Below, in pieces: positions 24,471-36,266 of a stretch of DNA of 64,000 bases. The stretch comes from Gammaproteobacteria bacterium (lineage in GTDB: Bacteria; Pseudomonadota; Gammaproteobacteria; JAJFKG01), in contig OZ220716.1 of NCBI GenBank assembly GCA_965116795.1, forward strand, positions 224,001 to 288,000. The letters are read 5' to 3'. The notes beneath the pieces are model-generated. The model worked only from the letters and a program-made list of their open reading frames with translations. It had not been told where the DNA came from and searched no databases. Position 1 is the first letter of the stretch; the number at the start of each line of letters is the position of its first letter. Both the position numbers and the translations under genes were made by a program.

Positions 24471-25715
24471 CACTGGAAATTGATGACATAAAGCAAGTAC
24501 CTTTGTTTTGACCTTAGCAATAACATCAGCATTGTGAATATCATCCAAAATGTCACAAATCCAATCCGCTAATTGAGTTACTGCTTTCTGATTAAAGCCA
24601 CGTGTAGTAACTGCTGGTGTCCCTAAACGCAAACCACTGGTGACAAATGGAGAACGTGGCTCATTCGGCACAGTGTTTTTATTAACAGTAATGTTAGCTG
24701 CACTTAATGCCGCTTCTGCATCTTTACCAGTAATATCTTTGTTAATTAAATCTATTAAAAATAAATGATTATCCGTACCACCTGAGACAATATTAAATCC
24801 GCGATCTAACATCACAGAGACCATTGCCTTTGCATTAGTCACAACTTGCTGTTGGTATTGTTTAAATTCAGGTTGTAATGCTTCTAAGAATGCAACCGCT
24901 TTTGCAGCAATAACATGCATTAATGGCCCTCCTTGGATCCCAGGAAAAATCAGCGAATTGAATTTTTTGGTTAACTCTGAATTATCCTTAGCAAGGATAA
25001 TCCCACCACGCGGACCACGTAATGTTTTATGCGTTGTACTAGTGACAACATCAGCAAAAGGTACTGGGCTTGGATACACACCAGCAGCAACTAAACCAGC
25101 CACATGCGCCATGTCTGCTACCATATATGCACCTACTTCATCAGCAATTTGCCGAAAGCGTGCCCAATCGACTGTTAATGAATAGGCAGAAAAGCCGGTC
25201 ATGATTAATTTAGGTTTATGTTCGCGTGCCAATTGTGCAGCGTGATCATAGTCAATTTCACCGGTTGCTGGGTTTAAACCATACTGAATGGCATTGTATA
25301 ATCGACCTGACATATTCACTTTGGCACCATGAGTCAAATGCCCACCATCAACTAAACTCATACCAAGAATGGTATCACCCGGTTGCAATAACGCCATATA
25401 CACAGCTGCATTAGCTTGGCTGCCTGAATGCGGTTGTACATTAGCATACTCTGCATTAAATAATTGCTTAGCCCGTTCAATGGCTAAACTCTCGGCAACA
25501 TCCACATATTCACAACCGGCATAATAGCGTTTTCCAGGATAACCTTCAGCATATTTGTTTGTTAATACCGATCCTTGTGCAGCCAACACTCGTGGACTTG
25601 CGTAATTCTCCGATGCGATTAATTCAATGTGCTCTTCTTGTCGTTGCTCTTCTTGGCATATCGCTTGCCATAATGCATCATCGAATCCAGCAATCGTCAT
25701 CTCTTGCGTGAACAT
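24453..25715 (-). CDS. glyA: Serine hydroxymethyltransferase
   Basis: [32 protein letters not shown]. Confidence 0.98.
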   Translation of the reverse strand: MFTQEMTIAGFDDALWQAICQEEQRQEEHIELIASENYASPRVLAAQGSVLTNKYAEGYPGKRYYAGCEYVDVAESLAIERAKQLFNAEYANVQPHSGSQANAAVYMALLQPGDTILGMSLVDGGHLTHGAKVNMSGRLYNAIQYGLNPATGEIDYDHAAQLAREHKPKLIMTGFSAYSLTVDWARFRQIADEVGAYMVADMAHVAGLVAAGVYPSPVPFADVVTSTTHKTLRGPRGGIILAKDNSELTKKFNSLIFPGIQGGPLMHVIAAKAVAFLEALQPEFKQYQQQVVTNAKAMVSVMLDRGFNIVSGGTDNHLFLIDLINKDITGKDAEAALSAANITVNKNTVPNEPRSPFVTSGLRLGTPAVTTRGFNQKAVTQLADWICDILDDIHNADVIAKVKTKVLALCHQFPVYTHRI

Positions 25716-25940
25716 CAATTACTTCTCCCATCAGCAAATAGTGTCCAACAAGGTACTTGAAAAAACCGTGATTTTCAATGTATTTTCTACTCAAAATACT
25801 CTTTAGGTACAGTGGAACCGTATTAAAATGGTACGAAGGTACAACACGTTATCAATTCACTTGCTTTTCACCAAATACTTATGGTTTGATCGGATTGTAT
25901 GCTTTGGAATTAATTGAACTTAATTACGTGAGAGAAAGTA

Positions 25941-27623
25941 ATGGCACAATACATTTATACGATGAACCAAGTCAGCAAACGGGTTGATGGGATGAAGCAT
26001 CCCATTTTAGATCGAATCAATTTATCATTTTTTCCAGGCGCCAAGATTGGTGTACTTGGACTAAATGGTGCAGGTAAATCATCACTATTAAAAATTATGG
26101 CCGGTATCGATCAAACATTTGAAGGTGAAGCACGCCCACAAACCGGGATACAAGTAGGGTATTTACCGCAAGAACCACAATTAGATCTGAAAAAAGATGT
26201 GCGTGGTAATGTAGAAGAAGGCGTTCACAAATTAAAAACACTATTAACCCGCTTTGATGAAATTAGTATGAAATTTGCTGAACCCATGGATGATGCAGCA
26301 ATGAATGCATTATTAGAAGAACAAGCCAATTTACAAAATGCAATCGATGCTGCCGGCGCCTGGGAATTAGATCGCAAATTAGATATTGCAGCAGATGCAC
26401 TGCGCTTGCCACCATGGGATGCTGATGTCACTACCCTATCTGGTGGTGAAAAACGGCGAGTTGCATTGTGTCGGTTATTACTGTCTTCACCCGATATGTT
26501 GTTACTTGATGAACCTACTAACCATCTAGATGCACAAAGCGTCGCGTGGTTAGAACAATTTTTACATGAGTTTAAAGGGACGATTGTCGCGGTAACACAT
26601 GATCGTTATTTCTTGGATAATGTTGCTGGCTGGATCTTAGAACTTGATCGTGGTTGCGGGATCCCTTACGAAGGCAATTACACAGCTTGGCTAGAGCAAA
26701 AAAGTGCGCGTCTTGAAATGGAAGAAAAACAACAAAGTGCCCATCAAAAAGCTTTGAAAAAAGAATTAGAATGGTCACGCACCTCAGCAAAAGGACGCCA
26801 TGCTAAAAGTAAAGCACGTTTAAACCAATTCGAAGAATTAAGTTCGAAAGACTTTCAAAAACGTAATGAAACCCAAGAAATCTATATTCCGCCTGGCCCA
26901 CGTCTAGGAGATATGGTCTTTGAAGTTGATAACATCACTAAACATTTTGATGACAAATTATTATTTACCGATGTTAGTTTTGTTATTCCAAAAGGAGCCA
27001 TCGTTGGGATCATTGGCGCTAATGGTACTGGGAAAACAACACTATTTAAGTTGCTCACGCAGCAACAGCAACCCGATAGTGGGACTATGCGCATGGGTGA
27101 GACTGTAGCATTATCTTATGTCGATCAAATGCGTGATCATTTACGCGACGATTGTACTGTGTGGGAAGAGATTACAGATAAGCAAGATATCTTACGCATT
27201 GGTCAATATGAAATTCCATCGCGTGCGTATGTTAGTCATTTTAATTTCAAAGGGACCGATCAGCAAAAATACATTAACGATCTTTCCGGTGGTGAACGTA
27301 ACCGCGTACATTTAGCTAAATTACTGCGTAGTGGCGGCAATGTATTAATGTTAGATGAGCCGACCAATGATCTGGATGTGGAAACTATGCGCGCACTAGA
27401 AGAAGCCTTATTAGCGTTTCCGGGTACCATTATGATTATTTCACATGACAGGTGGTTTTTAGATCGGATTTGCACACATATGATTGGTTTTGAAGGCGAT
27501 AGCCAAGTGACATTTTATCAAGGAAATTACACGGAATATGCCGCTGATTTAGCAAAGCGTACAGGAAAAGATGCTAATCAACCACATCGTGTTCGATATA
27601 AGCGTTTTGATCGCGCCGTATAA
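25941..27623 (+). CDS. ettA: Energy-dependent translational throttle ABC-F EttA
   Basis: MAQYIYTM, two ABC domains (GLNGAGKS, LSGGE, DEPTN), IPPGPRLG. Confidence 0.96.
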   Translation: MAQYIYTMNQVSKRVDGMKHPILDRINLSFFPGAKIGVLGLNGAGKSSLLKIMAGIDQTFEGEARPQTGIQVGYLPQEPQLDLKKDVRGNVEEGVHKLKTLLTRFDEISMKFAEPMDDAAMNALLEEQANLQNAIDAAGAWELDRKLDIAADALRLPPWDADVTTLSGGEKRRVALCRLLLSSPDMLLLDEPTNHLDAQSVAWLEQFLHEFKGTIVAVTHDRYFLDNVAGWILELDRGCGIPYEGNYTAWLEQKSARLEMEEKQQSAHQKALKKELEWSRTSAKGRHAKSKARLNQFEELSSKDFQKRNETQEIYIPPGPRLGDMVFEVDNITKHFDDKLLFTDVSFVIPKGAIVGIIGANGTGKTTLFKLLTQQQQPDSGTMRMGETVALSYVDQMRDHLRDDCTVWEEITDKQDILRIGQYEIPSRAYVSHFNFKGTDQQKYINDLSGGERNRVHLAKLLRSGGNVLMLDEPTNDLDVETMRALEEALLAFPGTIMIISHDRWFLDRICTHMIGFEGDSQVTFYQGNYTEYAADLAKRTGKDANQPHRVRYKRFDRAV

Positions 27624-27753
27624 CATAGACTCAAGCAATTGGATTGTAGGCTTTGTTGGCTGCATGATTTTGTCACAGTCATGTATGTCAATATACACTC
27701 CTGTGACAAAATCACTTGCCACCTCGCCTACAATCCAATTGCTTGAGTCTATG
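27624..27753. mobile_element. Full-length ERIC-like MITE, second subfamily (~126 bp TA to TA)
   Basis: 28-bp perfect IR (27624-27651 and 27726-27753); the minus strand has AGGTGGCAAG, GGAGTGTAT..ATACATGAC and GCAGCCAAC. Confidence 0.9.
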
Positions 27754-27785
27754 ATCAATATATCTCTTAAAATGCAAAAATATAA

Positions 27786-29141
27786 TTAACACACCAACGC
27801 CAACGCTTCACTTAATGTTTGTACGCCGTGGACTTCAATGTTATCTGGAATCATTTTCGGGACATTGGCTTTAGGGACAATCGCGCGTTTAAAACCGTGT
27901 TTTGCTGCTTCACGCAAACGCTGCTGCCCACTTTGCACTGGGCGAATTTCTCCAGCCAAACCTACTTCACCAAATATAACTAATTGATTGGATAGCACAT
28001 GATTACGCAAGCTAGATAAAATGGCAAACAACAATGCTAAATCAGATGCCGTCTCTAATACTTTCACTCCACCCACAACATTCACAAACACATCTTGATC
28101 ATAGGTTGCCACCCCACCATGGCGATGCAATACAGCTAATAACATCGCTAACCGATTTTGTTCTATCCCCACAGTCACTCGTCGTGGATTGGCTAAATGG
28201 CTTACATCAACTAATGCTTGCACTTCAACTAACATTGGACGACTACCTTCCCAAGTTGCCATCACAACACTGCCAGAAACAGGCTGAGTATAACGTGATA
28301 AAAAGATAGCGGATGGGTTAGTCACTGCCTTTAACCCTTTATCCGTCATTGCAAAAATACCTAATTCGTTGACTGCACCGAAGCGATTTTTGATTGCACG
28401 GATTAACCGAAAACGATTGTCACGTTCTCCTTCAAAGTACAACACACTATCAACCATATGCTCTAATACTCGTGGACCTGCTAATGTACCCTCCTTAGTA
28501 ACATGCCCTACCAAAAAAATCGTTGTCTGTGTTTGTTTAGCAAAACGCACCAAGCTTGCGGCACTTTCACGTAATTGACTCACCGAACCTGGTGCTGAAT
28601 TTAATGTAGGCGTAAATATCGTTTGTACTGAATCGACAACCATAATACGTGGTTTTTCTTGTTTGGCATGCTGCATAATGCTATCAACATTAGTATCAGC
28701 CAATAAACGTAATTTATCGATTGCTAATTCTAAGCGTCTTGCACGCAAACCCACTTGTTGTAACGATTCTTCACCGGTGACATATAATACTGTTTGAGCT
28801 AAGCCGAGATAAGATAATGCTTGTAGTAGTAAAGTAGATTTGCCAATGCCAGGGTCACCGCCTAGTAAAATAACTGAACCAGCAACTAAACCACCACCGA
28901 GTACCCGATCTAACTCATCCATGCCTGTTGGCATACGCTGCACATCGCCAGTCTCAACCTCGGATAACCATAATACTTGCTGCGCTGCCTCACCTGCATA
29001 GCCACGCGCAGTTGCTGCCTGTTGTTGTTCTTCTGCTAAACTGTTCCAAGCACCACAATCACTACACTGCCCTGCCCACTTAGGGGCATGTGCACCACAT
29101 TGCTGACAAACATAAATGAGTTTTGCTTTTGCGACTTTCAC
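27786..29141 (-). CDS. radA: DNA repair protein RadA/Sms
   Basis: C4 zinc finger, GGDPGIGKST, KNRFG, Lon-like C-terminus. Confidence 0.97.
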   Translation of the reverse strand: MKVAKAKLIYVCQQCGAHAPKWAGQCSDCGAWNSLAEEQQQAATARGYAGEAAQQVLWLSEVETGDVQRMPTGMDELDRVLGGGLVAGSVILLGGDPGIGKSTLLLQALSYLGLAQTVLYVTGEESLQQVGLRARRLELAIDKLRLLADTNVDSIMQHAKQEKPRIMVVDSVQTIFTPTLNSAPGSVSQLRESAASLVRFAKQTQTTIFLVGHVTKEGTLAGPRVLEHMVDSVLYFEGERDNRFRLIRAIKNRFGAVNELGIFAMTDKGLKAVTNPSAIFLSRYTQPVSGSVVMATWEGSRPMLVEVQALVDVSHLANPRRVTVGIEQNRLAMLLAVLHRHGGVATYDQDVFVNVVGGVKVLETASDLALLFAILSSLRNHVLSNQLVIFGEVGLAGEIRPVQSGQQRLREAAKHGFKRAIVPKANVPKMIPDNIEVHGVQTLSEALALVC

Positions 29142-29150
29142 TGCTTTAGA

Positions 29151-29570
29151 CTACTGCCAATGGCCAACTAAATCACGACAACCGGTTGTTTGTGCGGTAT
29201 ATTGTCTACCCTGAATAACCGCGGCAATTTGATAATCACGGCATTGGATATCACCTTTTTGGAAAGTGCGATTTGGAGTGATGGTATATTGGTTACCCGA
29301 AATTGGGTTAGCCCAATTAGTGGGTTGATCATCATTTGCATTCTCTAATGCTTGATTTCTTTTAAGTTGATCAACAGGTCCCATCGACTTATTGATCTGA
29401 GTAATGGTCGAAGTAGGCTTAGATTTACGCTGAGGTGGCGCACTGTGCTGCACCTTGGTTGTCTTTTTTGATGCACTAGGAGTTGTCTTGGCCTCATTAG
29501 AGCCTGGGGCAACACAACCACTGTTAACTAACATGGCAACTATCCACACTAACCCGATAATTGTTTTCAT
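29151..29570 (-). CDS. Lipoprotein, 17-kDa surface antigen-like (RT0821/Lpp0805-like)
   Basis: Lipobox-like NSGC, ALE..W.NP.SG, CRDY...GCRD..G.W. Confidence 0.7.
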   Translation of the reverse strand: MKTIIGLVWIVAMLVNSGCVAPGSNEAKTTPSASKKTTKVQHSAPPQRKSKPTSTITQINKSMGPVDQLKRNQALENANDDQPTNWANPISGNQYTITPNRTFQKGDIQCRDYQIAAVIQGRQYTAQTTGCRDLVGHWQ

Positions 29571-29669
29571 TAAGACAACCTATTCACTTCATACTGGTGT
29601 GTTATCGAATTCTAGTCTAAAAAAACGAGTAAACCAAGTCGATTAATTAAAATATTATAAAAAAATATT

Positions 29670-29763
29670 GTAACTACTCAGTCGGTCTTTATGTTACCGA
29701 AAAACATCAGCTTTGAGTGGAGGTTGCCAGAAAAAATCCGCCAAAGATGGCGTTTTCCTTAAT
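29670..29763. repeat. GTAAC-ended palindromic element, core-deleted copy
   Basis: gtaactactcag..aaaaacatcagctttgagtggaggttgccagaaa..ccaaagatggcgttttccttaat matches 47677-47834 without the central hairpin. Confidence 0.82.
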
Positions 29764-29771
29764 CGCACCAT

Positions 29772-32700
29772 TTAATTAAGCCAACGCCGAGCATTGTAAA
29801 ATAAACGAAACCAAGGACTCATATCACCCCACTCCGTTGGTGCCCATGAACACTGTAACCTGCGATGCACCCGCTCTGGATGCGGCATTATGATCGTCAC
29901 CCGCCCATCTGTGGTGGTTACCCCAGCAATACCACCAGGACTACCATTCGGGTTATATGGATATTGCGTCGTCAGCATGCCATGATCATCAACATAACGC
30001 AACGCAACCAATTGATGTTGCTGTAGCTTTGTTTGATCTGTTGCATTTTCCCATTGCGCATATCCTTCTGCATGTGAGACAACAATTGGTAATACAGCAT
30101 CATCCATATCGGTTAATAAAATCGATGGTGAGTGACTGATTTTGGTTAAAATCAACCGCGCTTCATACTGCTGCGATTGATTATGCCGAAAACGTGGCCA
30201 ATGCTGTGCCCCTGGAATAATCGATTGCAATTGCGCTAGCATTTGGCACCCATTACATGCACCGAAGGTAAAGGTATTAGTCCGAGCGAAAAACGTTTGG
30301 AACTGTTCTAGCATAGCTGCATGATCTAAGATCACTCGCGCCCAGCCAACGCCCGCGCCTAATACGTCACCATAGGCAAAGCCACCACAACAAGCTAATC
30401 CATGGAAATCGGTTAAGGTTATCCGTTTTGCTAGTAAGTCCGACATGTGTACATCAACACACTCAAAACCTGCAGCGATAAATGCCGCCGCCATTTCCAT
30501 CTGACTATTCACACCTTGCTCACGCAAAATGGCTACTTTTGGTTTGTGCTGTTGATGTATGTAAGGTACACTTAATTGCTGAGAAAAATCAAATGTAGCT
30601 TGTGTTGCAGTTAGCCCATTGGCATCATCACGCAATAAATCGGCAAATTCAGTATCAGCACAATCTGGATTATCACGTAATCTTTGTAAATGATAACTCG
30701 TCTTTGCCCAACATTGCTGTAAATCACCACGTGTTTGATCATAGAGTAATGTTCCGTGTTGCAAGAAGCGAATACGTTGCTCACTGTTAACAGTACCTAA
30801 AGTATGAGTATAACGCTGCAAATCACCTAAACACGCGCGTACTGCTGCCTCATCTGCTTGTTTGATTTGTACAACCACCCCTAATTCTTCATTAAACAAA
30901 CTAGAAATAGCATTATCACCTAATACTGATAATTCAATATCAATCCCACAACGCCCAGCAAACGCCATTTCGGTTAAGGTTGCTAACAATCCACCATCAC
31001 TGCGATCATGATAACTTAATAATAATCCTTGCTGACGTAAGGTTACCAATGCATTGGTAACCTCTAATAACATTGTTGGATCATCTATATCTGGCGCATC
31101 GCAACCAATGTGATTGTACACTTGTGCTAATGCTGAACCTGCTAACCGTTGTTGTCCTTTAGCTAAATCAATCAATAATAAACTAGTCGGTTCAGCTAGT
31201 CGTTGTAATTGTGGGGTTAATGCATGATTCACATCATTAACCGGTGCAAACGCAGAAATAACAACTGACAATGGCGAACGAACATGTTGTATTTTACCTT
31301 CATTTTGCCATTTGCATTGCATTGATAATGAATCTTTACCAACAGGGATACAAATCCCTAATGCTGGACACAGTTCTAAACCAATTGCCTTCACTGCCGC
31401 ATATAACTTTGCATCTTCACCTGGCTCACCGCAGGCAGCCATCCAGTTTGCCGATAATTTAACATCGCTTAATGTGTTAATTGGTGCACTTAATAAATTG
31501 GTAATCGCTTCACCGACTGCCATACGTGCACTGGCAGCAGCATCGATCAGTGCTAATAGTGGTCGCTCACCAACTGCCATTGCTTCACCACAAGCTTGTT
31601 CAAAATCAGCTAAGGTAATTGCACAATCGGCAACTGGCACTTGCCAAGGCCCAACCAGTTGATCACGATGAGTTAACCCACCCACACTTCTATCACCGAT
31701 CGTAATTAAAAATTGTTTACTGGCAACACTAGGCAATTGCAATACACGTTCAATTGCATCTGCCAAATCGATATGTTTTATATCAATTGGCGGATAAGTA
31801 TGATGAACTGTTGTCACATTGCGCGACATTGCTGGCGTTTTACCAAATAACAATAACATGGGTAAATCAATTGGATTATTGGTAAAATGCGGATCGCTGA
31901 CAGTTAATTGTGGGGTTAATTGCACTTGCCCGACAACAGCATGTGGGCACCGTTCACGTGCAGCAATGTCAGCAAACTGTTGTTGCTTATTTGGATGAAT
32001 TGCCAATACATAACGCTCTTGCGCCTCACAACACCAAATCGCTAATGGTGACATACCCGGTTCATCATTGGGTATCACACGTAAATTGATTTGTCCGCCG
32101 CGGCCATCTGTATCCAATAATTCCGGAATAGCATTGGCAAGCCCACCAGCACCGACATCGTGAATGGATAAAATCGGATTCTCATCAGAAACATGACAAC
32201 ACGACTCAATGACTTGTTGCGCTCGCCGTTGCATTTCTGGATTTGCTCGCTGTACGGAAGCAAAATCCAATGCCTCATCACTTTGACCTGATGCAGTCGA
32301 TGACGCTGCACCACCACCTAAACCAATTAATAATGCTGGGCCACCTAATACAATCACTAACGCTGTATCTGGCAACTCACATTTGTTAACATCAGGTAAA
32401 CGCATACTGCCCATGCCGCCAGCAATCATGATCGGTTTGTGATAGCCATACCACGTGTCATTTAGCTGCTGTTCATAACTACGAAAATAACCGCATAAAT
32501 TAGGTCGTCCAAACTCATTATTATATGCTGCCGCACCAATGGGCCCTTGTAACATAATGTCTAATGCACTCATGATGCGTTCAGATCGCCCTGCGGTTGT
32601 TTCCCACGGTTGGGTTAATGTTGGAATAAATAAATTAGATACGGTAAATCCACATAAGCCCGCTTTGGATCGACCACCACGACCGGTTGCTGCTTCATCA

Positions 32701-33662
32701 CGAATTTCACCACCAGCGCCTGTTGCAGCACCAGCAAACGGTGCTATCGCTGTTGGATGATTATGGGTTTCGACTTTGATCATCATCGCGCTGGGTTCAC
32801 GAGTCACTCGATAATGCTGTGTCTGATTAGACACGCTTAAATGAGCAATGTTGGCATGTGCATTAATCACTGCTGCATTATCAACATAGGCTGATAATAC
32901 ATTTTCAGATTGTTGTTTGTGGGTATAACGAATCATGTTAAACAGTGATTCCGTCTGCTGTTTACCATCGATACACCACTTGGCATTAAAAATTTTATGT
33001 CGACAATGTTCCGAATTGGCTTGGGCGAACATCATTAACTCAACATCGGTTGGATTGCGTTGCAATTGACCAAATGCACGATGCAAATAATCAATCTCGT
33101 CAGCATTTAATGCTAAACCTAGTTCAGCATTAATATTGATTAATGCTTGCTTACCTTGAGTTAATAGTTCAACTGTTTGCAGCGGTTGTGGCGGATGATG
33201 TTGAAAAAGTGCTGTGATGTCATCTAAAGAATATAATATTGACTCTGTCATCAGATCATGACACACATTAGCAATATCAGTTAACTGTGTAGATTGTAGC
33301 GCTTTATCTGCTTGCAAGTGATAGCAGGTAATACGTTCAATCCGTTTAATCTTAGTTAAACCACAATGATGCAAAATGTCAGTTGCCTTAGAACACCAAG
33401 GTGAAATCGTACCTAAGCGTGGGGTAACATAAAATGTATAGTGGCTTGATAATGCTAATGGCTTACCATAGCCATCTTCAGTTAATACGGTTTGCAAATG
33501 TGTTTGTTCAGCAGCAGTTAATGATTGTTCCGCTTCAACAGCATAATAAAATTGTGCGCTAATATCAGTGACGATTGGATGATGTTGTTGTAATCGATTT
33601 CGTAGTGCATGTTGACGAGGAACAGCCAATGCATTTGCACCTTGGCAATGAACAATAGACAA
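29772..33662 (-). CDS. purL: Phosphoribosylformylglycinamidine synthase (large type)
   Basis: [35 protein letters not shown]; TTG start after AGGAGG. Confidence 0.98.
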   Translation of the reverse strand: MSIVHCQGANALAVPRQHALRNRLQQHHPIVTDISAQFYYAVEAEQSLTAAEQTHLQTVLTEDGYGKPLALSSHYTFYVTPRLGTISPWCSKATDILHHCGLTKIKRIERITCYHLQADKALQSTQLTDIANVCHDLMTESILYSLDDITALFQHHPPQPLQTVELLTQGKQALININAELGLALNADEIDYLHRAFGQLQRNPTDVELMMFAQANSEHCRHKIFNAKWCIDGKQQTESLFNMIRYTHKQQSENVLSAYVDNAAVINAHANIAHLSVSNQTQHYRVTREPSAMMIKVETHNHPTAIAPFAGAATGAGGEIRDEAATGRGGRSKAGLCGFTVSNLFIPTLTQPWETTAGRSERIMSALDIMLQGPIGAAAYNNEFGRPNLCGYFRSYEQQLNDTWYGYHKPIMIAGGMGSMRLPDVNKCELPDTALVIVLGGPALLIGLGGGAASSTASGQSDEALDFASVQRANPEMQRRAQQVIESCCHVSDENPILSIHDVGAGGLANAIPELLDTDGRGGQINLRVIPNDEPGMSPLAIWCCEAQERYVLAIHPNKQQQFADIAARERCPHAVVGQVQLTPQLTVSDPHFTNNPIDLPMLLLFGKTPAMSRNVTTVHHTYPPIDIKHIDLADAIERVLQLPSVASKQFLITIGDRSVGGLTHRDQLVGPWQVPVADCAITLADFEQACGEAMAVGERPLLALIDAAASARMAVGEAITNLLSAPINTLSDVKLSANWMAACGEPGEDAKLYAAVKAIGLELCPALGICIPVGKDSLSMQCKWQNEGKIQHVRSPLSVVISAFAPVNDVNHALTPQLQRLAEPTSLLLIDLAKGQQRLAGSALAQVYNHIGCDAPDIDDPTMLLEVTNALVTLRQQGLLLSYHDRSDGGLLATLTEMAFAGRCGIDIELSVLGDNAISSLFNEELGVVVQIKQADEAAVRACLGDLQRYTHTLGTVNSEQRIRFLQHGTLLYDQTRGDLQQCWAKTSYHLQRLRDNPDCADTEFADLLRDDANGLTATQATFDFSQQLSVPYIHQQHKPKVAILREQGVNSQMEMAAAFIAAGFECVDVHMSDLLAKRITLTDFHGLACCGGFAYGDVLGAGVGWARVILDHAAMLEQFQTFFARTNTFTFGACNGCQMLAQLQSIIPGAQHWPRFRHNQSQQYEARLILTKISHSPSILLTDMDDAVLPIVVSHAEGYAQWENATDQTKLQQHQLVALRYVDDHGMLTTQYPYNPNGSPGGIAGVTTTDGRVTIIMPHPERVHRRLQCSWAPTEWGDMSPWFRLFYNARRWLN

Positions 33663-33826
33663 GGGTATTTTCCTCCTAAAATGAGGAGGAGATCATAACA
33701 AAACTATATAGTTACGCATAGCGTTCAAGATGCAACCATTTTATCTGCTACATATTGATAGCATCTTCCGTCTTCATCAATGTTGCCGTAATATAGGTAC
33801 GATGTTGCTCCAGGTAAATATAACAA

Positions 33827-33963
33827 CGTCATTCTGGAGAACGAACAACGTGAGTGAGTCCAGAATCCAGTCTTTTCGTCTTTTCAAATTCTTGAAGCCT
33901 GGATTCTGGATCCTTGGCTACCCAAGGACAAGCTCGCTACTTTGTGAACTCTCCAGAATGACG
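33827..33963. repeat. CGTC-tagged REP-like palindromic element with a nested 22-nt hairpin
   Basis: 14-bp perfect TIR cgtcattctggaga; internal ccagaatccag/ctggattctgg; sister copy at 35711. Confidence 0.85.
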
Positions 33964-33995
33964 ACACTTAACAATCAAATGGCTACAATGTTTAG

Positions 33996-34682
33996 ATGAA
34001 AACACCCTCACTTAAAAAACCATCTGCCCGTTTTGTACGCGACGCTAAGCAAACCTATGATCGTTTGCTAGATACGTATGGTAAACAAGCATGGTGGCCA
34101 GCACAAAGCCGCTTTGAAATTATCATTGGTGCAATCTTGGGACAAAATACCGCATGGGTAAATGTCGAGAAAGCCATCGCTAATTTAACATCACAACACA
34201 TCACTACAGCTTACACTATTTTAGCTACACCAATAGCCAGTTTAGCTGAATTCATTCGGCCATCTGGTTTCTTTAATGTCAAAGCCAAACGCTTACGCGC
34301 GTTTTGCCAATGGTTTTGTGATGTCGGTGGCTTCGATTATTTAGAAACACAATCGACTACTGACTTACGCCAACAATTATTGTCATTGCATGGCATTGGT
34401 GCAGAGACAGCTGATGATATTTTGCTATACTGCTTAGCACGTCCTGTGTTTGTCATCGATGCGTACACGCGACGGATTTTTAGCCGTCTTGGGACTATTG
34501 ACGGTAAAGAACCCTACGAACAATTACGATATTGGTTTGAAAATAGTTTAGCGAGTGATGTCAATGTATATCAACAATATCACGCATTAATTGTTGAACA
34601 TGCGAAACAAAGCTGCCGTACCAAACCAATTTGTGATACGTGTTGTTTAACAAAACGCTGTTATTTTTACAAAAATAGGTAA
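33996..34682 (+). CDS. Endonuclease III-related HhH-GPD DNA glycosylase
   Basis: GAILGQNTAW, GIGAETADDILLY, FVIDAYTRR, C-terminal 4-Cys Fe-S motif. Confidence 0.88.
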   Translation: MKTPSLKKPSARFVRDAKQTYDRLLDTYGKQAWWPAQSRFEIIIGAILGQNTAWVNVEKAIANLTSQHITTAYTILATPIASLAEFIRPSGFFNVKAKRLRAFCQWFCDVGGFDYLETQSTTDLRQQLLSLHGIGAETADDILLYCLARPVFVIDAYTRRIFSRLGTIDGKEPYEQLRYWFENSLASDVNVYQQYHALIVEHAKQSCRTKPICDTCCLTKRCYFYKNR

Positions 34683-34687
34683 TCAAT

Positions 34688-35641
34688 ATGAGAGATCAAC
34701 AACCAACAGATAGTGTAACTGCATTAAAAGACATTGCTATGAGTGCCGTTATCGAGCAACGCCGGCGTAGACGTTGGGGCATTTTTTTTAAGTTAATTAT
34801 ATTAGTTTATTTCTCTGCTTTGTTAGCATTGATGTATTTTCCCAATGCCACATCAACGGGTAAACTCGGGAAAAAACATGCAGCATTGATTGACATTGAT
34901 GGCGCCATTTTACCTGGCACACCAATTAGTGCAGACAATATTGCACGTGGCTTGCAGGCTGCATTTAAAGATAAAAACACCCAAGGCGTAATCTTACGTA
35001 TTAATAGTCCTGGTGGCAGTCCAGTGCAATCAGATTATGTATTTAATGAAATTAAACGGCTGCGTACTAAATATCCCGATATTAAACTGTATGCCGTGTG
35101 CAGTGATATGTGTACATCAGGAGCCTATTACATAGCTGCCGCTGCTGATAAAATTTATGCAAACCCATCGAGCATTGTTGGTTCAATCGGCGTATTAATG
35201 AATGGTTTTGGGTTTGTGGATACGTTAACGAAAGTAGGCATGTCACGGCGTTTAATTACCGCTGGTGATCACAAAGGCATATTAGATCCATTTTCACCAA
35301 TGAAACAATGGGATCAAGATTACGCGAAACGTGTTTTAAATGAAGTCCACCAAACGTTTATCCAACAAGTCAAATCTGGGCGTGGCAACCGATTAAATGT
35401 CAATTATCCTGATCTGTTTTCAGGTTTATTTTGGACAGGGGCTGATGCGAAAAAAATTGGTTTAATTGATAATTTTGCCAGTGCAGGCAGTGTTGCACGT
35501 GATGTCATCAAAAACGAACATATTGTTAACTACACTGTACAACAAAGTTTACTCGAACGACTCACTGAACGTTTTGGTGCATCATTGTCAAAACAAATTG
35601 GCGTGTTATTAGGGATTAGTAAGACTAATCGGTTGAGTTAG
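34688..35641 (+). CDS. S49-family (SppA-like) peptidase
   Basis: RINSPGGSPV, SGAYYIA, GSIGV, FSGLFWTG. Confidence 0.92.
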   Translation: MRDQQPTDSVTALKDIAMSAVIEQRRRRRWGIFFKLIILVYFSALLALMYFPNATSTGKLGKKHAALIDIDGAILPGTPISADNIARGLQAAFKDKNTQGVILRINSPGGSPVQSDYVFNEIKRLRTKYPDIKLYAVCSDMCTSGAYYIAAAADKIYANPSSIVGSIGVLMNGFGFVDTLTKVGMSRRLITAGDHKGILDPFSPMKQWDQDYAKRVLNEVHQTFIQQVKSGRGNRLNVNYPDLFSGLFWTGADAKKIGLIDNFASAGSVARDVIKNEHIVNYTVQQSLLERLTERFGASLSKQIGVLLGISKTNRLS

Positions 35642-35644
35642 TTA

Positions 35645-35861
35645 CGTCATTCCAGCCATCGCATAAAATGCAGTAAGATGGGATCCATCTGCAGAAAATA
35701 TGAAAGAACTCGTCATTCTGGAGAATCCGCGAAGCGGATGAGTCCAGAATCCAGTCTTTCCGTCTTTTCAAGGCTCCTAAAAATTAGATTCTGGACTCGC
35801 CCGCCCTGGACAATCTCCGATTTCCAGGGCTAAAGATTTTATATGAGCTCTCCGAATGACA
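35645..35861. repeat. CGTC-tagged elements (degenerate copy at 35645, full copy at 35711-35861) with a nested hairpin at 35804-35829
   Basis: cgtcattctggagaa..gagtccagaatccagtcttt.cgtcttttcaa shared with 33827. Confidence 0.82.
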
Positions 35862-35883
35862 AAGCTTATTTTATTTGGTCCGT

Positions 35884-36180
35884 CTACTCAGCACTATCTT
35901 CTTTCATCCAAGCGGATAACACATCGATGATTTTGGTTGCTTGATCATTACTAGAAATATTAAAACGAGATTGTTGACGATATTCACCATTGCGTTTTTG
36001 ATACCGACGAATGCTGTAGCGGTATGGGCTATACGCTTGTTTTTGTTTATCCCAATCTTGATATTTATACATGACAGTTGCCCATGCACCTTTGGTTAAT
36101 ACGACTTTGTCCAATTCTTTAATCGTAATTACACCATCATCTTCATATTGAATAGTTAATTCATCAACACTGCTTGCCAT
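35884..36180 (-). CDS. Hypothetical protein (98 aa)
   Basis: GAGG RBS upstream and protein-like composition; no family recognised with certainty. Confidence 0.8.
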   Translation of the reverse strand: MASSVDELTIQYEDDGVITIKELDKVVLTKGAWATVMYKYQDWDKQKQAYSPYRYSIRRYQKRNGEYRQQSRFNISSNDQATKIIDVLSAWMKEDSAE

Positions 36181-36266
36181 ATTGTTTAACCTCGTTAATA
36201 AAAAAAATAGGCCGTACTGAATTTACAGCACAGCTCATTATAGTCTACCTATGAACTGTTGCTCAA

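Noticed and set aside
34380-34440. Glu in place of the endonuclease III catalytic Lys (GIGAETAD)
   Set aside because: This is typical of the EndoIII-related subfamily, not a novel inactivation.
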